Part shown: positions 53,525 to 64,000 of the stretch, one piece after another
Layout of the letters: every line of letters begins with the position of its first letter
Numbering within the stretch: the stretch's first letter is position 1
From: Escherichia coli
Lineage (GTDB): Bacteria > Pseudomonadota > Gammaproteobacteria > Enterobacterales > Enterobacteriaceae
DNA length: 64,000 bases
Strand: one strand, 5' to 3'
Assembly: GCF_003018255.1 (NCBI RefSeq)
Contig: NZ_CP027440.1
The notes under the pieces: generated by a model
Seen by the model: the letters and a program-made list of their open reading frames with translations, nothing else
What the model was told of the DNA's origin: nothing
Database searches by the model: none
Program-made: the position numbers and the translations under genes

Positions 53525-54478
53525 ATGCGTTTCAGTACCCAGATGATGTACCAGCAAAACATGCGTGGTATCACCAATTCTCAGGCAGAATGGATGAAGT
53601 ACGGCGAACAGATGTCGACGGGTAAGCGAGTCGTTAACCCTTCAGATGATCCCATTGCTGCATCACAAGCTGTTGTTCTCTCCCAGGCACAGGCGCAAAA
53701 CAGCCAGTACACGCTGGCGCGTACTTTCGCCACTCAAAAAGTGTCACTGGAAGAGAGTGTACTTAGCCAGGTCACCACCGCTATCCAGAATGCTCAGGAA
53801 AAAATTGTCTACGCCAGCAATGGCACCTTGAGTGACGATGACCGGGCCTCGCTGGCTACGGATATTCAGGGGCTTCGTGACCAGTTGCTGAATCTGGCGA
53901 ACACCACTGACGGTAACGGGCGCTACATTTTTGCCGGTTATAAAACAGAATCCGCACCGTTTAGCGAGGCGGATGGAAAATACGAAGGCGGAGCAGAAAG
54001 TATTAAACAACAGGTCGATGCTTCGCGTTCGATGGTGATAGGGCACACGGGTGACAAAATTTTCGACAGTATTACCAGCAACGCGGTAGCGGAACCAGAC
54101 GGTAGCGCTTCTGAAACCAATCTTTTTGCCATGCTGGATAGCGCCATCGCAGCCCTGAAAACGCCGGTCGCGGATAGCGAAGCGGATAAAGAAACCGCCG
54201 CTGCGGCACTGGATAAAACCAACCGCGGACTGAAAAACTCGCTGAACAATGTGCTGACTGTTCGCGCGGAATTAGGCACGCAGCTGAACGAACTGGAGTC
54301 GCTGGATTCATTAGGTAGCGATCGCGCTTTAGGGCAAACGCAGCAGATGAGCGATCTGGTTGATGTGGACTGGAATGCAACTATTTCATCTTACATCATG
54401 CAGCAAACGGCATTGCAGGCGTCGTATAAAGCATTTACCGATATGCAGGGATTGTCGCTCTTCCAGCTCAACAAATAA
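53525..54478 (+). CDS. flgL: Flagellar hook-associated protein 3 FlgL
   Basis: 317-aa ORF; a GC hairpin plus T-run downstream (about 54520-54556) looks like its terminator. Confidence 0.95.
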   Translation: MRFSTQMMYQQNMRGITNSQAEWMKYGEQMSTGKRVVNPSDDPIAASQAVVLSQAQAQNSQYTLARTFATQKVSLEESVLSQVTTAIQNAQEKIVYASNGTLSDDDRASLATDIQGLRDQLLNLANTTDGNGRYIFAGYKTESAPFSEADGKYEGGAESIKQQVDASRSMVIGHTGDKIFDSITSNAVAEPDGSASETNLFAMLDSAIAALKTPVADSEADKETAAAALDKTNRGLKNSLNNVLTVRAELGTQLNELESLDSLGSDRALGQTQQMSDLVDVDWNATISSYIMQQTALQASYKAFTDMQGLSLFQLNK

Positions 54479-54572
54479 TTTCGCTTTAAAACATATCATG
54501 AAACTGGGTATGTTTTGTCTGCCTGCTCTGGGATCGCCGGGGCGGGCATTTTTTTGCATGAGACATAACGAA

Positions 54573-55357
<785 letters not shown>

Positions 55358-55384
55358 AAATATATCCTTCGGCTTTGCGTGGAT

Positions 55385-55425
55385 GATAATTATACAGTAC
55401 ATGTAACGCTAATGTCATTACAGCA
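55385..55425 (-). promoter_or_regulatory. Putative promoter/operator of the toxin-antitoxin operon
   Basis: Minus strand: ATGACA - 18 nt - TATAAT, with palindromes TAATGACATTA (over the -35) and TACATGTA (in the spacer). Confidence 0.4.
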
Positions 55426-55440
55426 AAGATGCTACCCCTG

Positions 55441-55470
55441 AAATAAAAAAGCCCTGGCAGTTACCAGGGC
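55441..55470 (-). terminator. Intrinsic terminator of rne
   Basis: Minus strand reads GCCCTGGTAACTGCCAGGGC followed by TTTTTT, 20 nt after the rne stop. Confidence 0.55.
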
Positions 55471-55490
55471 TTGATTACTTGAGCTAATTA

Positions 55491-58400
55491 TTACTCAACA
55501 GGTTGCGGACGCGCAGGAGCGGCAGAGGCATGATGCGTTGCCGTATGACCACCTGCGGCACCTTTGCCTTCGAAGGCAAAAGTAGGGCGCTGCCAGTCAC
55601 TGTGACGCGGTGCCTCCGGAACATATTCCGGTGCCGGAGCGCGCGTCATTGGCGCGGTAGCGTGGTTATGCTCAACGGTGATCTCTGGTTCAACCGCGGC
55701 TACCGTTTCAACTTCTGCTGCGACTTCAGCGACGACTGGCGCGGCAGGTTGAGCAACAACTTCAGGTTCAGCAACCACAACCTCAGCAGTTTCGGCAACT
55801 TCTTCAATATCAGCCGTCTCTTCCTGCGGTTCAACCACCGGTTCTGCGTGTTCTGCAACTTCCTGGGCTACGGCAACATCAGACTCGGTAATCACCTGCG
55901 GCTGTTCAGTTACCGCGGCGGCAATTACTTCAGGATGCGTCGTTTCAGCCACTTCCGGTTGCGGTTCGGCAACCTGAACGGGGGCTTCTACAACTTCAGC
56001 CACTTCTTCAACAACTGGCGCGCTAACAACCGGTTCGACAGCGGCGGCGACAGGGACCTCAGTCACCATCGGCTGCACTTGTACTTCTTCCTGTTCGCGC
56101 TGCTCTTCGACCTGTACATCTTGCGGACGTACAATTGGATAGCGGATCCAGACTTTGCCAGAGGCCAGTTCCGGAGACGCGCACGCTACGGTCAACGGCA
56201 TTGGCGATTGGGTTGGATAACGCTCGTCACGATAGCGACGACGACGCTGACCACTCACGCGCAGGTGACGAGGCGAGCGGCGAGAACGACGCGGCATGCC
56301 ACCGTTGTCACGGTTATCAGCATTGTTCTCTTCTTGCTGTTCTGGTGCAGTTTGCGCTACGACTGGCAGCGGGACTTTCACCAGTTCTGTGCGTGGAGCT
56401 GGTGCTTCCTGAACAATTGGTTCGGCAGCGACAGTTTCTTCAACCACCGGTGCGACTACCGCTTCTTCGGCTACGCTTTGCTCGTAACGCACTTTCTGAT
56501 TGAGCTGACGCTGTTTACGACGCGGCTGAACCGGACGTACACGTTCTTCCTGTTCGGTTTCCTGAACAGATTGCTCTTCAACATTCAGCGCCTTCGCTTC
56601 TTGTTGCGCCTGACGTTTATCATCGTTACGGCGGCGGCTACGTTCACGACGCGGCGCTTGCTGCTCGTCGGTGGTACGTGCTTTTTCCGTTACCTCAGCC
56701 TGCTGACGGCTCTCACGCGTCTCGGCAGTCTGCTGCTGTGCCTGGCGACGATTACGACGGTTTTCTTCGCGATTATCGCTGCCTTCAGTACGTTCACTAC
56801 GGGTGTCGCGGCGCTCATTACGGTCACGGCGGTTGTTCTGACGAGGCTTGCGACGATCCTGTTGACGTTCCGGTTTCGCTTCTGCTTTCGGTGCTGGTTG
56901 CTCGGCCGGTTTGGTTTCTTCACCACCGCTGAACAGCGCTTTCAGTGCGCCGAAGAAGCGGCTCAACAACCCTGGTTGTGCAGGAGATGCTGGTGTTGCC
57001 GTTGCAGCTTTAGGTGCTGGGGCTACAACAGGCGCGGCAGGTTCAGCTGGGGTTGGAGCTGGCGGCACATCCGGCATGGCAAAGGTTGCCAGCGCAGGTT
57101 GTTCAGGACGCTTACGTTCAGCGAACTCTTCTTCAGACGGCAGCGCCATCGCTTCTTCATGCAGCTTCGGCAGCATGTAGCTTAAGGTTGGAGTTTCTTC
57201 CCCTTTACGCACGCGCAGCACATGGTAGTGCGGGGTTTCCATCTGATCGTTTGGCACAATCACACAGCGCACGCCGTCCTGACGAGTTTCAATCGCATTC
57301 ACTGCAGAACGTTTTTCATTCAGCAGGTAAGACGCGATTGGCACAGGAACAATGGCGTGAACTTCCTGAGTGTTCTCTTTCAGCGCTTCTTCTTCGATCA
57401 GACGCAGAATAGAGAGCGACAACGATTCGTTGTCACGCACGGTACCGGTACCGGAGCAGCGCGGGCAGACGTGATGGCTGGATTCACCCAATGATGGGCT
57501 CAGACGCTGACGGGACATTTCCAGCAGGCCAAAGCGAGAAATATGGCTGATTTGAATACGCGCCCGGTCCTGACGCACCGCTTCACGCAGACGGTTTTCT
57601 ACCGCACGCTGGTGGCGTACTGGCGTCATGTCGATGAAGTCGATAACAATCAGGCCGCCGAGGTCACGCAGGCGCAGCTGACGAGCAATCTCATCGGCAG
57701 CTTCGAGGTTGGTGTTAAACGCGGTTTCTTCGATATCGCCGCCGCGGGTCGCGCGTGCGGAGTTGATGTCGATGGCGGTTAACGCTTCGGTGCTGTCGAT
57801 AACAATGGAACCACCAGATGGCAGACGAACTTCACGCTGGAAGGCGGACTCAATCTGTGACTCAATCTGGTAGTGGCTGAACAGCGGGATCTCGCCGGTG
57901 TACAGTTTGATTTTGCTGCTGAAATCCGGGCGACCTAATGCAGCGATATGCTGGCGTGCCAGTTCGAGCACTTTCGGGTTATCGATAAGGATTTCGCCGA
58001 TATCCTGACGTAAGTAATCGCGGAATGCGCGAACGATGACGTTGCTCTCCTGATGAATCAGGAACGGAGCTGGGCGGCTTTCAGCGGCTTTTTTGATGGC
58101 TTCCCAGTGTTTCAGACGGAAGCTTAAATCCCATTGCAGCGCCTCAGCAGATTTGCCGACGCCAGCGGTGCGCACGATAAGCCCCATGCCTTCCGGCAGT
58201 TCAAGGCTTGCCAGTGCTTCTTTTAATTCGGTACGGTCGTCGCCTTCGATACGACGAGAAATGCCACCCGCGCGCGGGTTGTTCGGCATCAGAACCAGAT
58301 AGCTACCCGCCAGACTGATAAAGGTAGTTAATGCCGCGCCTTTGTTGCCGCGCTCTTCTTTATCGATCTGAACAATGACTTCCTGACCTTCACGCAACAC

Positions 58401-58676
58401 ATCTTTAATGTTGGGACGACCATGAGCACTGTAGTTAGCAGGGAAATATTCGCGGGCAATTTCTTTTAGTGGGAGGAAACCGTGACGTTCAGCGCCGTAA
58501 TCAACAAAAGCAGCTTCCAGACTCGGTTCAATGCGGGTGATTTTACCTTTGTAGATGTTTGCCTTTTTCTGCTCGTGCCCTGGACTTTCGATATCCAGGT
58601 CATACAGACGCTGCCCATCTACAAGGGCAACGCGCAACTCTTCCTGCTGAGTTGCGTTGATTAACATTCTTTTCAT
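55491..58676 (-). CDS. rne: Ribonuclease E
   Basis: 1061-aa ORF: N-terminal catalytic domain ([30 protein letters not shown]...) and Arg/Pro/Glu-rich low-complexity C-terminal scaffold. Confidence 0.97.
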   Translation of the reverse strand: MKRMLINATQQEELRVALVDGQRLYDLDIESPGHEQKKANIYKGKITRIEPSLEAAFVDYGAERHGFLPLKEIAREYFPANYSAHGRPNIKDVLREGQEVIVQIDKEERGNKGAALTTFISLAGSYLVLMPNNPRAGGISRRIEGDDRTELKEALASLELPEGMGLIVRTAGVGKSAEALQWDLSFRLKHWEAIKKAAESRPAPFLIHQESNVIVRAFRDYLRQDIGEILIDNPKVLELARQHIAALGRPDFSSKIKLYTGEIPLFSHYQIESQIESAFQREVRLPSGGSIVIDSTEALTAIDINSARATRGGDIEETAFNTNLEAADEIARQLRLRDLGGLIVIDFIDMTPVRHQRAVENRLREAVRQDRARIQISHISRFGLLEMSRQRLSPSLGESSHHVCPRCSGTGTVRDNESLSLSILRLIEEEALKENTQEVHAIVPVPIASYLLNEKRSAVNAIETRQDGVRCVIVPNDQMETPHYHVLRVRKGEETPTLSYMLPKLHEEAMALPSEEEFAERKRPEQPALATFAMPDVPPAPTPAEPAAPVVAPAPKAATATPASPAQPGLLSRFFGALKALFSGGEETKPAEQPAPKAEAKPERQQDRRKPRQNNRRDRNERRDTRSERTEGSDNREENRRNRRQAQQQTAETRESRQQAEVTEKARTTDEQQAPRRERSRRRNDDKRQAQQEAKALNVEEQSVQETEQEERVRPVQPRRKQRQLNQKVRYEQSVAEEAVVAPVVEETVAAEPIVQEAPAPRTELVKVPLPVVAQTAPEQQEENNADNRDNGGMPRRSRRSPRHLRVSGQRRRRYRDERYPTQSPMPLTVACASPELASGKVWIRYPIVRPQDVQVEEQREQEEVQVQPMVTEVPVAAAVEPVVSAPVVEEVAEVVEAPVQVAEPQPEVAETTHPEVIAAAVTEQPQVITESDVAVAQEVAEHAEPVVEPQEETADIEEVAETAEVVVAEPEVVAQPAAPVVAEVAAEVETVAAVEPEITVEHNHATAPMTRAPAPEYVPEAPRHSDWQRPTFAFEGKGAAGGHTATHHASAAPARPQPVE

Positions 58677-59037
58677 CGTAACTTACTCATTATTCTTACA
58701 TTGACGACTAAGCTGCGGGCAAAGTAACGCCTTTCCGGGTGTGAACCGATGGCCTCGTGTCTAGTCGCGTCGCCAACCTCACGGTTATCGTCAGCTCAAA
58801 GAGGCGCAGAGTGTCGGTTGCCCGTTTTTCATGCGGAAAAACAGCGCAATTATCAAAGAAACAGACTGGGTATTACTCTCCAGAAATATTTCCATCTACC
58901 GGTAAGGACTGCAACCCGCAGCCCGCTAACTGCCTGAAAGATCAATACGTCTTACGCCATTGCTGCGTGGATGATCGGTCGGGCAAAATGGGTTATTCCG
59001 TAAAATTTCTTGTTTTAACAAGGATGGACACGGAAAC
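58677..59037 (-). promoter_or_regulatory. rne 5' untranslated leader (autoregulatory) and promoter-proximal region
   Basis: About 360 nt of non-coding sequence between the rne start and the divergent rluC region; extent taken from the known long rne leader. Confidence 0.55.
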
Positions 59038-59248
59038 GGCCTCATTATTCCACTGCAAGCCTTGTTATAGCAAGATGACTTTTACCATTTATCACCCGCT
59101 TACTCACAGTTTTTTCACTTCTTGCTGGTGATTGGTTTAATAACCATCAATAAAGTGATCACGTAGTGAAGTAATAAGGTGCAAAACTAAATATAAGCAT
59201 AGAAAAATGAGTGGCGCGAATCCTGTTGGCTAATTAGAATCGCCCACC

Positions 59249-60208
59249 ATGAAAACAGAGACTCCATCCGTAAAAATTGTTGCTATCAACGCTGACGAAG
59301 CGGGGCAACGTATCGATAACTTTTTGCGTACCCAATTGAAAGGCGTACCAAAAAGTATGATTTACCGTATTTTGCGTAAAGGCGAAGTGCGGGTGAACAA
59401 AAAACGTATTAAGCCTGAATATAAACTCGAAGCGGGTGATGAGGTGCGTATCCCACCGGTTCGCGTTGCTGAACGGGAAGAAGAGGCGGTTTCGCCACAT
59501 CTGCAAAAGGTGGCGGCGCTGGCGGACGTCATCTTATATGAAGATGACCATATCCTGGTGCTGAATAAACCTTCCGGTACGGCGGTACATGGCGGCAGTG
59601 GTTTAAGCTTCGGCGTTATCGAAGGTTTGCGGGCGTTGCGCCCGGAAGCGCGGTTCCTTGAACTGGTTCATCGTCTCGACCGGGACACTTCAGGTGTGTT
59701 GCTGGTAGCGAAAAAACGCTCGGCGTTGCGTTCTCTGCATGAGCAATTACGTGAAAAAGGGATGCAAAAAGATTACCTGGCGCTGGTGCGCGGTCAGTGG
59801 CAGTCGCATGTGAAGAGCGTTCAAGCGCCGTTGCTGAAAAATATTCTGCAAAGCGGCGAACGTATCGTGCGTGTGAGTCAGGAAGGCAAACCGTCGGAAA
59901 CACGCTTTAAAGTGGAAGAACGCTATGCTTTTGCCACCCTGGTGCGTTGTAGCCCGGTAACAGGGCGTACTCATCAGATCCGTGTGCATACACAGTATGC
60001 GGGTCATCCGATTGCCTTTGACGATCGCTACGGTGACCGTGAATTTGACAGACAGCTCACTGAAGCAGGCACAGGATTAAATCGTCTGTTCCTGCACGCC
60101 GCAGCGTTGAAGTTTACCCATCCGGGGACCGGTGAGGTGATGCGTATCGAAGCGCCGATGGATGAAGGTTTGAAGCGTTGTTTGCAAAAGCTGCGTAACG
60201 CGCGCTAA
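59249..60208 (+). CDS. rluC: 23S rRNA pseudouridine(955/2504/2580) synthase RluC
   Basis: 319-aa ORF with S4 domain and RluA-family catalytic motif (HRLDRDTSGVLLVAK). Confidence 0.93.
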   Translation: MKTETPSVKIVAINADEAGQRIDNFLRTQLKGVPKSMIYRILRKGEVRVNKKRIKPEYKLEAGDEVRIPPVRVAEREEEAVSPHLQKVAALADVILYEDDHILVLNKPSGTAVHGGSGLSFGVIEGLRALRPEARFLELVHRLDRDTSGVLLVAKKRSALRSLHEQLREKGMQKDYLALVRGQWQSHVKSVQAPLLKNILQSGERIVRVSQEGKPSETRFKVEERYAFATLVRCSPVTGRTHQIRVHTQYAGHPIAFDDRYGDREFDRQLTEAGTGLNRLFLHAAALKFTHPGTGEVMRIEAPMDEGLKRCLQKLRNAR

Positions 60209-60239
60209 TACAAGCATATAAACCTGATAATGGGCGGTT

Positions 60240-60316
60240 GGCCTTGATAAGGCGTTTACGCCGCATCAGGCCGCCAGCACCGATTGCCGGATGCGACGTA
60301 ACCGCATCCGGCGCAG
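60240..60316. repeat. REP/BIME element pair
   Basis: GGCCTTGATAAGGCGTTTACGCCGCATCAGGCC and GCCGGATGCGACGTAACCGCATCCGGC between rluC and yceF. Confidence 0.65.
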
Positions 60317-60320
60317 AAAA

Positions 60321-60905
60321 CTATCCCATCAGCGGGTTTTTCCCTTCCCGACGTAACATCTGACACAGCGCGATTAGCGGTAAACCAACCAGCGTGTTAG
60401 GATCTCGCCCCTCTAAACGCTCAAACAGCGTAATGCCAAATCCTTCACTCTTAAAGCTACCCGCGCAGTGCAGGGGATGCTCTTTACGCACGTAATTATC
60501 AATCTCCGCCTCGCTCAGGTGACGGAAATGGACGTCAAAAGGCTCCACTTCTGTTTGTAGATGCCCATTCGCCGAATTAAACAACGCCAGTCCAGTATAG
60601 AAGGTGACGATATTGCCGCTGGCTTTGCGTAATTGCAGACGGGCATTTTCTTCCGTTAACGGTTTACCGGTGATTTCGCCATCAAGAACACATACCTGGT
60701 CTGAACCAATAATTAAATGATCCGGATAACGTGACGCCAGAGATTGCGCTTTTTCTTGTGCCAGTCGAAGCACCAACTGTCGCGGTGATTCGTCGCTGCG
60801 TGGAGTTTCGTCGACCTCGGGTGCTGCACATTCAAAAGAGATTTGCAGTTTTTCCAGAAGAGCGCGACGCCAGGGCGAGGTGGAGGCTAAAATAAGTTTA
60901 GGCAT
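60321..60905 (-). CDS. yceF: Maf-like nucleotide pyrophosphatase YceF
   Basis: 194-aa product from ATG at 60905 ([20 protein letters not shown]...). Confidence 0.9.
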
Positions 60906-61091
60906 ATTTTTTTCCATCAGATATAGCGTATTGATGATAGCCATTTTAAACTATGCGCTTCGTTTTGCAGGTTGATGTTCGTTATCAGCACTGAACGAAA
61001 ATAAAGCAGTAACCCGCAATGTGTGCGAATTATTGGCAAAAGGCAACCACAGGCTGCCTTTTTCTTTGACTCTATGACGTTACAAAGTTAA

Positions 61092-61625
<534 letters not shown>

Positions 61626-61664
61626 TTGGTGCTCCCCGTTGGATCGGGGATAAACCGTAATTGA

Positions 61665-61849
<185 letters not shown>

Positions 61850-61930
61850 ATCACGCGTCTGCGTGATGAAGCTTAGTGAGGATTTTCCCCAGGCAACTGG
61901 GGAAAGACCAAACCGGGCGGCGACGATACC

Positions 61931-63001
61931 TTGACACGTCTAACCCTGGCGTTAGATGTCATGGGAGGGGATTTTGGCCCTTCCGTGACAGTGCCTGCAG
62001 CATTGCAGGCACTGAATTCTAATTCGCAACTCACTCTTCTTTTAGTCGGCAATCCCGACGCCATCACGCCATTACTTGCTAAAGCTGACTTTGAACAACG
62101 TTCGCGTCTGCAGATTATTCCTGCGCAGTCAGTTATCGCCAGTGATGCCCGGCCTTCGCAAGCTATCCGCGCCAGTCGTGGGAGTTCAATGCGCGTGGCA
62201 CTGGAGCTGGTGAAAGAAGGTCGAGCGCAAGCCTGTGTCAGTGCCGGTAATACCGGGGCGCTAATGGGGCTGGCAAAATTATTACTCAAGCCCCTGGAGG
62301 GGATTGAGCGTCCGGCGCTGGTGACGGTATTACCGCATCAGCAAAAGGGCAAAACGGTGGTCCTCGATTTAGGGGCCAACGTCGATTGTGACAGTACAAT
62401 GTTGGTGCAATTTGCCATTATGGGCTCAGTTCTGGCTGAAGAGGTGGTGGAAATTCCTAATCCTCGCGTGGCGTTGCTCAATATTGGTGAAGAAGAAGTA
62501 AAGGGTCTCGACAGTATTCGGGATGCCTCAGCGGTGCTTAAAACAATCCCTTCTATCAATTATATCGGCTATCTTGAAGCCAATGAGTTGTTAACTGGCA
62601 AGACAGATGTGCTGGTTTGTGACGGCTTTACAGGAAATGTCACATTAAAGACGATGGAAGGTGTTGTCAGGATGTTCCTTTCTCTGCTGAAATCTCAGGG
62701 TGAAGGGAAAAAACGGTCGTGGTGGCTACTGTTATTAAAGCGTTGGCTACAAAAGAGCCTGACGAGGCGATTCAGTCACCTCAACCCCGACCAGTATAAC
62801 GGCGCCTGTCTGTTAGGATTGCGCGGCACGGTGATAAAAAGTCATGGTGCAGCCAATCAGCGAGCTTTTGCGGTCGCGATTGAACAGGCAGTGCAGGCGG
62901 TGCAGCGACAAGTTCCTCAGCGAATTGCCGCTCGCCTGGAATCTGTATACCCAGCTGGTTTTGAGCTGCTGGACGGTGGCAAAAGCGGAACTCTGCGGTA
63001 G
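61931..63001 (+). CDS. plsX: Phosphate acyltransferase PlsX
   Basis: 356-aa ORF from TTG 61931 ([17 protein letters not shown]...). Confidence 0.93.
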
Positions 63002-63068
63002 CAGGACGCTGCCAGCGAACTCGCAGTTTGCAAGTGACGGTATATAACCGAAAAGTGACTGAGCGTAC

Positions 63069-64000
63069 ATGTATACGAAGATTATTGGTACTGGCAGCTA
63101 TCTGCCCGAACAAGTGCGGACAAACGCCGATTTGGAAAAAATGGTGGACACCTCTGACGAGTGGATTGTCACTCGTACCGGTATCCGCGAACGCCACATT
63201 GCCGCGCCAAACGAAACCGTTTCAACCATGGGCTTTGAAGCGGCGACACGCGCAATTGAGATGGCGGGCATTGAGAAAGACCAGATTGGCCTGATCGTTG
63301 TGGCAACGACTTCTGCTACGCACGCTTTCCCGAGCGCAGCTTGTCAGATTCAAAGCATGCTGGGCATTAAAGGTTGCCCGGCATTTGACGTTGCAGCAGC
63401 CTGCGCAGGTTTCACCTATGCATTAAGCGTAGCCGATCAATACGTGAAATCTGGGGCGGTGAAGTATGCTCTGGTCGTCGGTTCCGATGTACTGGCGCGC
63501 ACCTGCGATCCAACCGATCGTGGGACTATTATTATTTTTGGCGATGGCGCGGGCGCTGCGGTGCTGGCTGCCTCTGAAGAGCCGGGAATCATCTCCACCC
63601 ATCTGCATGCCGACGGTAGCTATGGTGAGTTGCTGACGCTGCCTAATGCTGACCGTGTGAATCCAGAGAATTCAATTCATCTGACGATGGCGGGCAACGA
63701 AGTCTTCAAGGTTGCGGTAACAGAACTGGCGCACATCGTAGATGAGACGCTGGCGGCGAATAATCTTGACCGTTCTCAACTGGACTGGCTGGTTCCGCAT
63801 CAGGCTAACCTGCGTATTATCAGTGCAACAGCGAAAAAACTCGGCATGTCGATGGACAATGTCGTGGTGACGCTGGATCGCCACGGTAATACCTCTGCGG
63901 CCTCTGTCCCGTGCGCTCTGGATGAAGCTGTACGCGACGGGCGCATTAAGCCGGGGCAGTTGGTTCTGCTTGAAGCCTTTGGCGGTGGATTCACCTGGGG
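63069..64000 (+). CDS. fabH: Beta-ketoacyl-ACP synthase III FabH, 5' partial (runs off window end)
   Basis: ATG 63069 ([34 protein letters not shown]...) with active-site Cys context (AAACAGF); not in the ORF track because no stop lies in the window. Confidence 0.93.

Noticed and set aside
55503-57185. 560-aa plus-strand ORF (Phe/Leu/Arg/Cys-rich)
   Set aside because: Lies antisense to the low-complexity Arg/Pro/Glu-rich C-terminal half of rne; its odd composition is a mirror of the rne codon bias, so it is a shadow ORF.
58757-59131. 124-aa plus-strand ORF in the rne-rluC intergenic region (yceQ position)
   Set aside because: Sits inside the rne 5' leader on the opposite strand, with no Shine-Dalgarno and no protein-like composition; most likely not a real gene.

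Overview
This window is a largely syntenic stretch of Escherichia coli chromosome (about 23-24.5 min on the K-12 map), read from the end of efeO to the start of fabH. Gene order is: efeO' - efeB - phoH - pgaDCBA (PGA biofilm exopolysaccharide, minus strand) - ycdT (diguanylate cyclase) - serX tRNA-Ser(GGA) - ghrA - ycdX - ycdY - ycdZ - csgGFED / csgBAC (curli) - ymdA - ymdB - clsC - opgC - opgGH - yceK - msyB - mdtG - lpxL - yceA - yceI - yceJ - yceO - solA - bssS - dinI - pyrC - yceB - grxB - mdtH - rimJ - yceH - yceM - murJ - flgNMA / flgBCDEFGHIJKL (flagellar region I) - [GNAT toxin / DUF1778 antitoxin pair] - rne - rluC - yceF - yceD - rpmF - plsX - fabH'. Gene identities were assigned by reading the supplied translations and matching them to E. 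coli proteins I recognise; starts were adjusted where the ORF track begins upstream of the likely initiation codon. No similarity search was run. The one clear accessory element is a two-gene type II toxin-antitoxin module (GNAT acetyltransferase toxin with an overlapping DUF1778/RHH antitoxin) between the converging ends of flgL and rne, which I do not recall in K-12. Two further departures from the K-12 layout as I remember it are the absence of the IS3/ymdE/ycdU block between ycdT and serX, and an apparent frame discontinuity in the 5' part of phoH. No CRISPR array, rRNA, intact IS element or prophage was found. Recognisable non-coding features include REP/BIME clusters, a Pho box, LexA and PurR operators, sigma28 promoters, the pgaA and rne leaders, and several intrinsic terminators.
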